From: Alphaproteobacteria bacterium
Lineage (GTDB): Bacteria > Pseudomonadota > Alphaproteobacteria > SMXP01
Assembly: GCA_965248815.1 (NCBI GenBank)
Contig: CBDFKK010000008.1
Coordinates: 3,061,290-3,125,289 of the forward strand
DNA: 64,000 bases
Reading direction: 5' to 3'
Shown piece by piece: positions 29,428 to 39,283 of the stretch. The notes under the pieces were generated by a model. It did no database searches and was not told the origin of the DNA. It worked only from the letters and a program-made list of their open reading frames with translations. Positions within the stretch are counted from its first letter, which is position 1. Each line of letters begins with the position of its first letter. The translations under genes and the position numbers were made by a program.

Positions 29428-29595
29428 ATCTCAATCGCTACGCGACTTGGGGCTGCAGATCGAAACAAAGAGCCAAAAGCGATTCATGTAGTTTTGCGAC
29501 AGACACGGGATTGCCGCGCCGGTCATAGAAGAACTTTCTATTTGCGCGCGCCGCACCGGAAAACAGTGAGGCCGCGACCCGCATCCGGGGTTTTT

Positions 29596-30270
29596 TCACT
29601 GGCACGGGATCAGCTTCAGCGCTCCTTGGGCGCCCAAAAAATGCGCCATGTAGAGTTCTGCGTAGTTAACCTGACGATTGAGAGAGCGTTTGAGCAGGTT
29701 CGTGTTCTCTTTGGGGTATTGCGCCGCCAAAAACGTCGAAAGCTTCGGATCGAAGCGCAAATTGAGGATTTGTCTGGCGGTCGTAGAATCCTTTATCGTG
29801 CGCTTGCCTCTTGCATCCACCAGAATTTGTCGCGCTAACTCCAATTGGCCGTAACGGGCGCCATAGCGGTCGAACATATCCAGCCAAGTCTGTTCCACGA
29901 ATTGATAAAGTCCAGCAGCACTTGAAGTGCCGGCCTCGGCGACCGGATTGAACGAGCTCTCCCGTTCGGCCAGATGCTCGAGATAGCTATGCGCGACGCC
30001 CGTTTCAGCGGCGGCCTCACTAATGAATTGGTCGACAGCGGGGCGCGAAAACACAGAGAAAAAGGATCGGAGGCCCGTGGATGGCTGTTCTCCAGGTTCG
30101 GCCTGGCTGAATAGATCGCCGTTTCCCTCCTGGAACGCTTGGACCTCTTGTCCGACACGCTCGATCATGATTTTGGTCGCCCGGGAAACGGCAGATTGAC
30201 CGGCATCGGCGGTCAAAAAATCCCAAACAAGAATGCTACATACGACGAGAATGACAAGGTTCCGCAACAT
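29596..30270 (-). CDS. lytic transglycosylase (SLT domain) protein
   Basis: Signal peptide plus the catalytic region ERESSFNPVAEAGTSSAAGLYQFVEQTW (E-S ... GLYQ ... T motif). Confidence 0.7.
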   Translation of the reverse strand: MLRNLVILVVCSILVWDFLTADAGQSAVSRATKIMIERVGQEVQAFQEGNGDLFSQAEPGEQPSTGLRSFFSVFSRPAVDQFISEAAAETGVAHSYLEHLAERESSFNPVAEAGTSSAAGLYQFVEQTWLDMFDRYGARYGQLELARQILVDARGKRTIKDSTTARQILNLRFDPKLSTFLAAQYPKENTNLLKRSLNRQVNYAELYMAHFLGAQGALKLIPCQ

Positions 30271-30494
30271 GACTACGCACTTTCAAACTTCGCCTACATC
30301 GGCCGCCCTTAGGCGGAACATCCAAGGTTGCCTCTTCTCTTCCAAAATTAGGCGCCGAAACCTGAACTGTACATGAACGGTTGCAACCACTGCATCACTG
30401 CGGCGTGAGAACCGTCACGTGTGCGTGTGCATAGGGCCGGCCGCAAAGTTTTTTCGTAGCGGCTTCGCTATCAAGAGACACAGTTGAGGAAGGG

Positions 30495-31535
30495 TTAGTT
30501 CAGAGGCGCAACGCTTTGTTGGATGGACTCCTCCAACCAATCCGCAAACCGCGGGTGCACCATAAGCCCGGTGTCGTTGAAGATAACGCCGAACCCTTCA
30601 ACGTCCTTTTCGAGCTTTCGAAGGACGCCGGCTTCCGTCAAAACGGTTGTTGTTACGATCACGTCCTTGCCTTCGGCTTTTGCATCGCTGATCCAGCCCC
30701 GCAACCTGGCAACGTTCGCCTCGCGCATTTCGACCGGCGCGTCATCTTGAACGTTGGACACCTTGACGTCGTTAAAGCCAAACTTAGACTTTATCGCGGC
30801 CGCGTGACCCTCGAGAATTTCAATCTCTAAATCGTTATCCTCTTTTTCAGAGGGCCCATGACCCATGATAAGAACAAGTTCGTTGGCAGGGTCGGTACTC
30901 ACTGCCTTTGCGTGATCGCCCAAGATCTCACCCATGATCGGGTGATCCATGGGATTCGACGCCCAAACGTAATCTACGTTGCTGTCAATGCGCGGCACCT
31001 CAAGATAGGCAGGTTCGTCGATCGCGCCTAATGCAAACTGCCATTGTCTGACCATTGTCGAGTTTCTTGCCGTGCTCGCCTGCATCACAACAATAGTTTT
31101 CGCACCTTGTGATTCAAGGCTGTCGATTGCTGTTTGCAAGAATTCGGATGACATGATCCCAAGACCAAAACCATAAGCGGTTGGATAGGTCGCAATGGCT
31201 TGCTTAAAAGCATCCGTGAACTGCGTAAATCCTTCGCCGTGAAAACCGTGAGCCAAAACCAGCAAGCCTATATCGCCTTTCGTTTCCGGCGCGCTCAACG
31301 TACCGCTTTCATTTGTCAAGATCGCCATCATTTCTAAGATCTGTTCGTCCGAATAGTCGGCAAACTTCTTGATCTTGGCCCGCACTCCGTCCATCTGTTC
31401 CGCGGTCATTTCGGGCGGCGCCAATTCTTCCCCGTGGCTCGTGTGACCGCCGGCCTGAACTAAACTTGCTATTAGGACAAGACTAAGCGCGGCACCTGCG
31501 ACGAGTGACTTTAGGCGAAGATCAAACGGTACCAT
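30495..31535 (-). CDS. periplasmic CbiX/SirB-like chelatase-fold protein
   Basis: Signal peptide. Two CbiX-like half-domains, each with a His motif (LLVLAHGFHGEG and LIMGHGPSE). Confidence 0.5.
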   Translation of the reverse strand: MVPFDLRLKSLVAGAALSLVLIASLVQAGGHTSHGEELAPPEMTAEQMDGVRAKIKKFADYSDEQILEMMAILTNESGTLSAPETKGDIGLLVLAHGFHGEGFTQFTDAFKQAIATYPTAYGFGLGIMSSEFLQTAIDSLESQGAKTIVVMQASTARNSTMVRQWQFALGAIDEPAYLEVPRIDSNVDYVWASNPMDHPIMGEILGDHAKAVSTDPANELVLIMGHGPSEKEDNDLEIEILEGHAAAIKSKFGFNDVKVSNVQDDAPVEMREANVARLRGWISDAKAEGKDVIVTTTVLTEAGVLRKLEKDVEGFGVIFNDTGLMVHPRFADWLEESIQQSVAPLN

Positions 31536-31690
31536 GAGACTTCCTTTCGACTGGCAAAGCGTGCTGACAAGGCCGCTCGGTATTCGTTATCATACCATCA
31601 ATGGCAACGCCGCGGAGCTATTAGTCCATAAACAAGCATCTGAAACGCAGCCATAATGAATAAGAGCGAGGGCGATTAATACCCGCTCGA

Positions 31691-33793
31691 TCAAAAGCGC
31701 CCACGAATACTCAGCTTGAATTCCCGGCCCAATCGTCGATCGCGCAAGAGAACCGACTGCAGTGACGTTGAGACGCGCGGCCCGGAAAAAATCGAGCGAG
31801 TCCGCAGGCTTCCGGAATCGAGCAAATCGGTGCCGTCAAAGCGCACCGTCCAGCCCCAGGGAAGCCTGTACTCAATAAACGCGCCGAGTTTTCCGCCAAA
31901 TCTAAACGCGCGAATTTCGTCGATTTCCCTAATGTCCGTGGGACCATCCTTGAAGTACGAAATGCCGTAAAACACATTGAGCGGTGCTACGTCATGGCGC
32001 AGCTCCAGATTGATAGAGTGGTGACGTTCTCGACGAAAGGGGATCATCTCATTGGTGAAGGGATCAGTGACGCGCGACCATTGATGCTTGTACCCGACCT
32101 CTAAAATAGCGCCCGGAACCCCGAATTGATCGAATGCAACAGCCGCCTCAATTTCGAAGCCATATCGTTGGCCGTTGCCAATGTTCCCGGTGAAGTCAGT
32201 CGTTGCACCGGGAAGCGCGGTCTGACCGACAACGTCCTGCACAAAGTCGTAGAAAAGCCGAGTTCGAATCGAACTCTTGTCGTCACGCAATTGATGATCC
32301 CAAACCGCTTCAAGCGCCCACGTCTTGTCAGGCACAATTTGAGGGTTGCCTGAGTTCACCTGGTCGACGGCATCGTTGATGGAGGCGACAAAGTCCAGGA
32401 AATTCAGCTGTCCAACTTCCCGCTCGAATGAAATCTGAAGTTGGTCCCCGCTTGGTGACGGCGTATCGTGCATCGAAAGTAGGCTTGAAGAATTTGAACG
32501 TGCGGGCCTGATCAAGCCCCGCCCCCAATTGCGAGAGTTCCGAAATCTCATAAAATAGCCCCATTTCCAAATTGAGGCGATCAGTCGCTTGCCAGGTATC
32601 GACGATGAAAGCTTCCGCCCGCAACTCTTTTACGAACGATTGCGACAGCGGCAGATTAACTTCGACGAAGGTCCCCCCATATCTCTGAGTATTTGAAGAT
32701 CGGAATCGAGTGTGTTGCGGGCACCTTCAATACCCATTTCCAGCCCATGGCTTTTCGCGATCGGCCAATTGAAAGATCCGCGCAAAATCGTCTCGGTCTC
32801 TCGCGAGTCGGTCAACAATATCTCCGATACAATGGGCACATCTGAGATGAAGTCTCCCGAAAACTTTTCACGGTCGACTGTCCTGGCGTTATGAAGCCCC
32901 AACAGCTTGAAAACGGCGCCCGAATCGAACCCGTGCTCGTAGTCGCCGCCTATTTCCCATTCGTTTTCAGAAATCGCGTCGTCTTCGAAATCGTGGCGGT
33001 CGAAGACAAACATGCTGGGCGGAGAAGCTGAAAAAAATATGCCGTCTGTATCTTCCTCGCGGGCTCTATCGGTATAGATCCCGTTGATGCGTAAGACAGT
33101 ATCGTCGGAAAATTCTATGGTCGTGTCGCCAGACAACGATAAATTAGTTTGCTGATTGAATTCCTCGCCCACCTCCCGTTCGACTAGAACGGAGCCGGGG
33201 GTAAACGCGTCTTCGGTTTGGCGGCGCAGCTCTGTCAGAGGTTCGCCTTCGAGAGCCAATGCATAGTCGATCTTCTTCCAGCCGGAGGCAAAAGTGAGTT
33301 TGCCGCCGGGGCGCCAAACATTTCCTTGATTGCGGGTGTAAGAAAATTCCCAAGTCGCAGTCGTTCCGCCTACGTCTTCCTTGAGAACAATATTGACTTG
33401 CGTGTCGCTTGTACGATTGTCGGCATCACTCGACCCCGTTCGGAAGACTTCAATGCGTGCAACTTGGTCGGCGGCGATGCGCTGCAAGGCCTCGCGGCCA
33501 TCGCTTTCCTTTCCCGATACCCGGCGCCCATTGATCAATATGCGATCTTGATTGGTCCCAAAGCCGCGATTGTTCACAAAATCATTTTCAAGAATGAATG
33601 ATATGCCTGGAACGCGGTCGAGCATGTCCGCTGCTGTGACGGGAGAGAAATCCGCAAAGAACTCGCTAGAGTACACGTCTGTCGCGCCGTTGACATTGAT
33701 CGCTTCATCTTCGGCAGCACTCAAAGCGTCAATCAGCAGAAGCTGCGCGAATACGAATGCCGCCACCAATGACGCGCGCAGACAATTCCACAT
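31691..33793 (-). pseudogene. TonB-dependent receptor disrupted by two frameshifts at C/G homopolymers
   Basis: Signal peptide, plug domain and a C-terminal beta-barrel ending in the terminal Phe (KLSIRGRF). Three consecutive ORFs (32630-33880, 32328-32624, 31691-32551) read as one protein if the C6 run at 32672-32677 and the C4 run at 32456-32459 are each changed by 1 nt. Confidence 0.7.
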
Positions 33794-34046
33794 TAAGATT
33801 TCCAGCAATAACTTGAGCCGTATCTCGGCAAGATCCCCGACCTCTTTGGCCTGTATCGACGGGGCCGCGCGCCCGGTCAAGCAAAAATTGACTTTTGCCC
33901 TCCATGCAATTTGTCGCGCGCACCAATACGAGGACAGGCCCGCGTCCCCGAATCGATCCCATCACTACTTACTATGTTAGGCTTCAAGCGAGACGGCAAA
34001 TCAACGCGGTTGGACTTCGCTCAGCACCGCAAGCAACGAGAAGTTA

Positions 34047-35498
34047 ATGACCGACAACAAATTTGACCACCATCCAAGTTTTCCGGCAGGCAAAGCCGCA
34101 GTCCAAGGCCTACTCGTCGTTTTATTGGTCTGCCTGCAGGCGAATGCTCAGGATTTCGAGTTGCGCAAGGAGCTACTGGCGCGACCACTGGACCCTAACC
34201 TTGGGGGAGAAACGACAATCGTAAAAGACGATGAACGAGCTTTTGAACGGATCATCGCCAATGCAACAACAATGACAAAAGTATCTTTCAATGTGGGCCG
34301 TACGGTCTTTGAAACCGACTGGGAGGCCGCCCCCGGATTACAACCGGCGACGGACGGGTTAGGCCCCTTATTTCACCAAGACCAATGTTCTGACTGCCAC
34401 GAAAACAATGGGCGTGGTCGTCCGCCGGAGACTGAAGGCGGCCCCATGGAATCGATGCTCGTCAGGTTGAGTATTCCTGGGTCCAATAATCATGGCGGGC
34501 CAAATCCCATTCCACTTTACGGCGATCAATTGCAAGATCACGCCGTAGATGGCGTCCCGGCGGAGGGCCGGGCGGTGATGACCTGGACCGAGCAAGACGG
34601 AACTTATGGCGACGGCACGCCCTATTCATTGCGCAAACCCGAACTGACTTTCGCTGATTTGAGCTACGGCGAGATGCCGGCTAACGCGATGTCATCGGCA
34701 CGGGTAGGAAACCCCGTTATTGGTTTGGGGCTTCTCGAAGCGGTTCCCGACGTTACCCTTCATGCGCTAGCGGACCCCGAAGATCAGGACGGGGACGGGA
34801 TATCGGGGCGCGTCAATTTGGTTTGGGACGCGCCGACGGCGGAGATGGCTGTGGGCCGCTTTGGCTGGAAGGCAAATGTAGCAAGTCTCAAACATCAAAC
34901 TGCCGCAGCAGCACTCGGCGATATGGGCATTACCTCGCCGATATTCATGGAGGATCATTGCGACGAGGGACAGACCGCGTGCCAGCAAAAGGCGTTGGAC
35001 GTTGAGGACCACCCGCCAGAAGTTCGGCCGGAGCTTTTTGAACGATTGGTTCAATTCAACAAAGTCACCGCAGTTCCGGCGCAAAGAAACAGTGAAGACG
35101 CAGACGTGAAGAATGGCGAAGCGTTGTTTCGTGATATCGGTTGTAGCTCTTGCCATATGACAACACTCATGACGGGCGAAAGCGAACATTCTGAATTGTC
35201 CGACCAAGTTATTCATCCATTTACCGATCTTCTGCTCCATGACATGGGCGAAGGCTTGGCCGATGGCCGGCCCGACTTCGAAGCATCGGGCAGTGAATGG
35301 CGCACTCAACCTCTGTGGGGCATCGGCCTAACGAAGCGCGTCAGCGGATTTAGTCTATTCCTGCACGACGGCCGCGCCCGCAGCTTTGCCGAAGCGATAC
35401 TTTGGCATGGCGGCGAAGCAGAAGCGGCCCGTGAAAACTTTCGTGAATTAGGCGCTGAACAAAGAACTGCCTTGATCGACTTTCTAAATTCAATCTAG
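34047..35498 (+). CDS. DUF1111 di-heme cytochrome c peroxidase-like (thiol oxidoreductase) protein
   Basis: Signal peptide and two CxxCH heme sites (CSDCHEN, CSSCHMT), with DUF1111-like spacing. Confidence 0.7.
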   Translation: MTDNKFDHHPSFPAGKAAVQGLLVVLLVCLQANAQDFELRKELLARPLDPNLGGETTIVKDDERAFERIIANATTMTKVSFNVGRTVFETDWEAAPGLQPATDGLGPLFHQDQCSDCHENNGRGRPPETEGGPMESMLVRLSIPGSNNHGGPNPIPLYGDQLQDHAVDGVPAEGRAVMTWTEQDGTYGDGTPYSLRKPELTFADLSYGEMPANAMSSARVGNPVIGLGLLEAVPDVTLHALADPEDQDGDGISGRVNLVWDAPTAEMAVGRFGWKANVASLKHQTAAAALGDMGITSPIFMEDHCDEGQTACQQKALDVEDHPPEVRPELFERLVQFNKVTAVPAQRNSEDADVKNGEALFRDIGCSSCHMTTLMTGESEHSELSDQVIHPFTDLLLHDMGEGLADGRPDFEASGSEWRTQPLWGIGLTKRVSGFSLFLHDGRARSFAEAILWHGGEAEAARENFRELGAEQRTALIDFLNSI

Positions 35499-35531
35499 GA
35501 AGGATTGTTCCGCTTTGAAGGAGGACGAGAA

Positions 35532-36236
35532 ATGAAGCTATTCGGTAAGGCCATGTTCGCGGCATCACTTTTGGCCGCATCACCCGTGCTGTCACAAGCC
35601 TTTCTAGACCAAGAACTGTCAGAATCAGATCTCGAACAGTTCTTTGGACTGATTGAAGACGGTAAAATCTCAAAGGATAAAATGAGTGATCGATGCGCCG
35701 ATCAACAGGTTGCCTTTACGTTTCTGGGCCGCGATGTTCCGCATGACGGTGGTCCGAAGCGCGTTCTCTACAACGTTTCCCGCCAAGACACGTCTGTCGA
35801 CGGTCGCACGCTCCGCGCCAAACTCTTCAATGCTTCGTTCGGCGAATGGACTGGCTCCGTCTTCAAGGCCATGTGTCCCGGCATCTATTCGATATCCATC
35901 GACTTTGCGACAGACGACGTCGAGAACGCAGCCGACGATGTCTTTGTCCATCTGCATGTCAGACGCGCGGAAGAGGATCGGCCCGGACCTGCCGTCGTCA
36001 GCGCGGTAAAATTAGGCCCCGGCAATCGGGGCAATGGCCATGCTACGCTCGCAATTCCACTCCACATGGGCGACGAAGTATCAACCTGGTCGGAGGGAAA
36101 AGGTTCCGGCACAGCACGCCATTTTCATCAGATAACACTCACAGCGCACAAATTCGCCCATGTGGAAGACTATGTCGAAGAACTAGACATGGACGCTTGG
36201 AACGATGACATTGCCGCACTTGCCGCCATGCAATGA
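35532..36236 (+). CDS. secreted C1q-like (jelly-roll) domain protein
   Basis: RBS GGAGGA precedes the ATG at 35532. Signal peptide. The C-terminal region follows the C1q pattern (AFTF...LYNVSRQD...GEWTGSVFKAMCPGIYSISIDF...VHLHV...ATLAIPLHMGDEVSTW). Confidence 0.5.
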   Translation: MKLFGKAMFAASLLAASPVLSQAFLDQELSESDLEQFFGLIEDGKISKDKMSDRCADQQVAFTFLGRDVPHDGGPKRVLYNVSRQDTSVDGRTLRAKLFNASFGEWTGSVFKAMCPGIYSISIDFATDDVENAADDVFVHLHVRRAEEDRPGPAVVSAVKLGPGNRGNGHATLAIPLHMGDEVSTWSEGKGSGTARHFHQITLTAHKFAHVEDYVEELDMDAWNDDIAALAAMQ

Positions 36237-36293
36237 GCGAGACGAAGATATATTCGTGCAGCTTAGATGCAATCAATTCCCTTAGACAAAAGT

Positions 36294-36319
36294 GGCGGAC
36301 AAGAATTCTCTCGTCCGCC
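36294..36319. terminator. GC-rich hairpin (GGCGGAC-N12-GTCCGCC) between convergent genes; possible bidirectional terminator without a strong U-tract
   Basis: The inverted repeat was verified. It sits between the 3' ends of the C1q-like gene (+) and the hydrolase remnant (-). Confidence 0.3.
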
Positions 36320-36345
36320 CAGTCGTTGTGAAACCTCATAGCGTG

Positions 36346-36576
36346 CTAACTGCGATCGCCGTGTTTTGCCAAAAAGTCTTTGATCCGCGCCGCAATAAAG
36401 TCTCCGTCTTCCTCAAGCCCGAAGTGGCCCGTATTAAGGAGATGAAACTCGAGCGTTTCCAGATCACCTTTGTAGGGATGGGCGCCGTCCGCCGGAAAAA
36501 TGGTGTCGTTTTGACCCCATACCAAGATTGCCGGCGGTGATGTATTGGCGATTGCCACTGAAGTCTGCAAAAGCAA
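36346..36576 (-). pseudogene. alpha/beta-hydrolase C-terminal remnant (76 aa only)
   Basis: PAILVWGQNDTIFP...GHFGLEEDGDFIAARIKDFL is a typical alpha/beta-hydrolase C-terminus with the catalytic His. No space or frame remains for the rest of the fold. Confidence 0.5.
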
Positions 36577-36829
36577 GCGTGCGATCGTCTAAGATTTTTA
36601 GAAATCCTTTAGGCCCGCCGCGATGCTGAATGTAAGGCTGACCGTCTGCGCTCGCCGTGCCAAAGTAAAGTGAATCTCGCTGTTCAACGAAATATCTAAG
36701 GCGATCGGTGACCTGATCGGCCCATCCCTTGCCCTCTTCCATCCGGGCATAACCGTCACGAGAGCCGCGGCATACCTGCTGGGCTTTGACACTTGGCGTA
36801 AAGGCGATATCGCTGATGAATTCACTCAT
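36464..36829 (-). CDS. pyridoxamine 5'-phosphate oxidase-like (FMN-binding split-barrel) family protein, probably 3'-truncated
   Basis: MSEFISDIAF...YFGTASADGQPYIQHRGGPKGFLKILDDRTLAFADFSGNRQYITAGNL is PPOX-family like. The tail (GMGSKRHHFSGGRRPSLQR) overlaps the hydrolase remnant in another frame and looks non-native. Confidence 0.5.
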   Translation of the reverse strand: MSEFISDIAFTPSVKAQQVCRGSRDGYARMEEGKGWADQVTDRLRYFVEQRDSLYFGTASADGQPYIQHRGGPKGFLKILDDRTLAFADFSGNRQYITAGNLGMGSKRHHFSGGRRPSLQR

Positions 36830-36868
36830 TTTCTTGCGTCCTTGCATCAAATATCGTTATTCTGAAAT

Positions 36869-36892
36869 AGTAGATAGATCATTCTATCTACT
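36869..36892. promoter_or_regulatory. TetR-type operator: perfect 10-bp inverted repeat AGTAGATAGA-tcat-TCTATCTACT in the divergent promoter region
   Basis: Verified by reverse complement. It lies 88 bp upstream of the TetR start at 36980 and 40 bp upstream of the divergent PPOX-like gene. Confidence 0.5.
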
Positions 36893-36979
36893 GTGTCAAC
36901 TCCAAAATATATGGCTTGAATCCACTATTGAACCATACTAGATAGACGGATAGTTCAATCTATTTGAGAGACTTGGGAA

Positions 36980-37567
36980 ATGTCCGCTAAACGAGAGCAA
37001 TTGGTCGATACAGCATTGCGCCTTTTTTATCGCGACGGCTATCACGCTACTGGGATCGACAAGATCATTCAGGAAGCTGGCGTCGCTCGGGGCACCCTCT
37101 ACAAGCATTTCAAATCCAAGGACGATTTGATTCTCGCCGTCTTGAGACGCCGCGATGAAGAATTTCGCGCTTGGTTCAAAACATATGTCGAGCGAGCGGC
37201 ATCGGCACCGCAAGAAAAATTGCTGGCCCTGTTTGATGGCTTAGCGGAGTGGTTCGACGGCAAGGCCTTTCCCGGTCGAGCCTTTCACGGTTGCAGTTTC
37301 ATCAACGCGTCGGCCGAATATTCTCGCCTCAATGATCCCATTCACCGCGCAGCAGCGGAACACAAAGAGCTCATGTTCGAATACACACGAGACTTAGCTA
37401 CAGCAGCCGGATACGAAGAGCCGGACGAACTCGCGCGCGAACTGCTTTTGTTGAAAGAAGGGGCGATTGTGACGGCGCAAGTAACAGGCGATTTTGGCGC
37501 TGCGGCACGTGCGAAGAATATCGCCAAAACATTGTTGGAAAATACGCCCAAGGCCGCTTCTCACTAA
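36980..37567 (+). CDS. TetR/AcrR family transcriptional regulator
   Basis: HTH LFYRDGYHATGIDKIIQEAGVARGTLYKHFKSKDDLI. Confidence 0.85.
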   Translation: MSAKREQLVDTALRLFYRDGYHATGIDKIIQEAGVARGTLYKHFKSKDDLILAVLRRRDEEFRAWFKTYVERAASAPQEKLLALFDGLAEWFDGKAFPGRAFHGCSFINASAEYSRLNDPIHRAAAEHKELMFEYTRDLATAAGYEEPDELARELLLLKEGAIVTAQVTGDFGAAARAKNIAKTLLENTPKAASH

Positions 37568-37587
37568 GTACTACAAAGCACCGAAGT

Positions 37588-37971
37588 TTAGTCCTGGTTC
37601 CTGATCATATCTGCAACTTGAAACAACGGTTGCTTGATCATGTTTTTGACGTCGTCAGATGCGCTAACTTCCTCTAATGCGCGATCCATGCATGACAACC
37701 ATTGATCGCGCTCAGCAGATCCGATGGCGTACGGGCGATGGGGCTGGGTCAAACACATGCCGCCCGTCTTGTCGCTGTAGAGTGGCGGACCCCCTAGCCA
37801 GGCCGACATATAATTAAAAAACTTATTCTCGATCTCACTCAAGTCTTGCTTGTGCATCCGGCGAATATTCTTGGCGTCGCTTGACTGATCCATATCGCGA
37901 TAAAACGCCCGACACAGTCGTCTGACCCCGTCTTCACCGCCGAGCAATTCGTAAGGGACTTTTTGAGCCAT
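37588..37971 (-). CDS. glbO: group II truncated hemoglobin (2/2 Hb, GlbO-like)
   Basis: About 127 aa from MAQKVPYELLGGEDGVRRLCRAFY, with a trHbO-like fold pattern. The upstream in-frame extension lacks an RBS. Confidence 0.65.
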   Translation of the reverse strand: MAQKVPYELLGGEDGVRRLCRAFYRDMDQSSDAKNIRRMHKQDLSEIENKFFNYMSAWLGGPPLYSDKTGGMCLTQPHRPYAIGSAERDQWLSCMDRALEEVSASDDVKNMIKQPLFQVADMIRNQD

Positions 37972-38222
37972 AGAGCACTCCGAGCATTCCGTAAGTGAAC
38001 CGTGGTTCCTGTATATCATTCGCCGAATATCACAACTTGATCTGGCTCAAACGGAACGCCTCCTGGAAAATCCGGTATCAAACCCTATTTTTCCGCTGTT
38101 TAAGCATGGTTGTAGTTGGAGTCGAATACAGCCATTAACGCTGTTTCAGCAATACTTTTGGCCATGGTCTTGTTCTGTTTTAGACTTACCTCAACAACAC
38201 TCTCGATCACGAGAGATGAAAG

Positions 38223-38435
38223 GTGGGGACTCAAATGAGACTAATCGGATATTTGATATTGATCGGGATTAGCGCGGTAGTCGCCAGTTATTTTCCGCTA
38301 ACACCAATTCTTCCGCCCAAAGCCACTGTAATGACGGTGATTGAAGACAATGCGCCATTCCTTGCGGATTGGCTGCCTGAAGAGGAAGCAGAGAGGTGGT
38401 TCGGTTTGTTTGAACAACTTTCGGACTGCGGATAA
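38223..38435 (+). pseudogene. 5' fragment of a gene disrupted by the IS3-family insertion; its stop codon is supplied by the IS end
   Basis: The N-terminal TM helix ORF ends ...EQLSDCG-TAA, where the TAA lies inside the IS left inverted repeat (GATAAGTGGA). The frame resumes after the IS (see 39651-40165). Confidence 0.45.
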
Positions 38436-38452
38436 GTGGATTTCAGCCCCTG

Positions 38453-39283
38453 TTATGCCGCGACCGGGATTGGTTGCAGCACGTTGAAGTAAGCCTGATC
38501 GGGTGTCTGGCGGTCAAGCGATGAATGCGGTCTCTTGGTGTTATAAAAGACCAAATATTTGCCGAGGGCGGCTCGGGCTTGTGGAACATTGCCATAGGCA
38601 TGCAGATAGACCTCCTCGTATTTGACCGTGCGCCACAGCCGTTCAACAAAGACATTGTCCCGCCACGCTCCCTTGCCATCCATGCTGATGGCGATTTCAG
38701 CATCCTTCAGGATTTGTGTGAAAGCGATGGAGGTAAACTGCGAGCCCTGATCGGTGTTGAAGATGTCCGGCTTACCGTAACGGGCCAGTGCTTCTTCAAC
38801 GGCTTCAATGCAAAAGTCTGCTTCCAGTGTGATAGAGAGCCGCCAGGACAGGACACGCCGGCTGAACCAGTCAACCACTGCGGCCAGATAAACAAAGCCC
38901 CGTGCCATTGGAATGTAGGTGATATCCATCGCCCAGACCTGATTGGGTTGGGTGACCGGCAGCTTACGCAACAGATAGGGATAGATTTTGTGGCCCGGTG
39001 CAGGCTTGGACGTGTTCGGGCGGCGATAAATAGCCTCAAGCCCCATACGCTTCATCAGTGTTGTGACGTGCAGGCGGCCAACCTTGTATCCTTCACCAAG
39101 CAATAGTCCCTGCAGCATCCTGCTGCCTGCAAAGGGATAGTCGAGATGCAATTCATCAATCCGGCGCATCAGTGCCAGATCACCGACCGATACGGGACGG
39201 GGCTGATAATAGACGCTGCCCCGGCTGATCTTGAGCGCCTTGGCCTGACGGCTGAGCGAGAGTTTATGTTTGCGGTCGATCAT
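38453..39283 (-). CDS. IS3-family transposase OrfB (DDE integrase core)
   Basis: NQVWAMDITYIP...DQGSQFTS...VERLWRTVKYE are rve-domain motifs. The start ATG lies in the -1 frame relative to the orfA stop (AAGAAAATGA). Confidence 0.85.
   Translation of the reverse strand: MIDRKHKLSLSRQAKALKISRGSVYYQPRPVSVGDLALMRRIDELHLDYPFAGSRMLQGLLLGEGYKVGRLHVTTLMKRMGLEAIYRRPNTSKPAPGHKIYPYLLRKLPVTQPNQVWAMDITYIPMARGFVYLAAVVDWFSRRVLSWRLSITLEADFCIEAVEEALARYGKPDIFNTDQGSQFTSIAFTQILKDAEIAISMDGKGAWRDNVFVERLWRTVKYEEVYLHAYGNVPQARAALGKYLVFYNTKRPHSSLDRQTPDQAYFNVLQPIPVAA

Noticed and set aside
33794-34046. Looked for a cobalamin riboswitch (B12 box GCCACTG) upstream of the TonB-dependent receptor / CbiX-like pair
   Set aside because: No B12-box-like sequence was found on the relevant strand.
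38223-38435. Considered the small ORF upstream of the IS as an independent small membrane protein or toxin
   Set aside because: Its stop codon is contributed by the IS terminal repeat and the frame resumes after the IS, so it is a fragment and not a complete gene.
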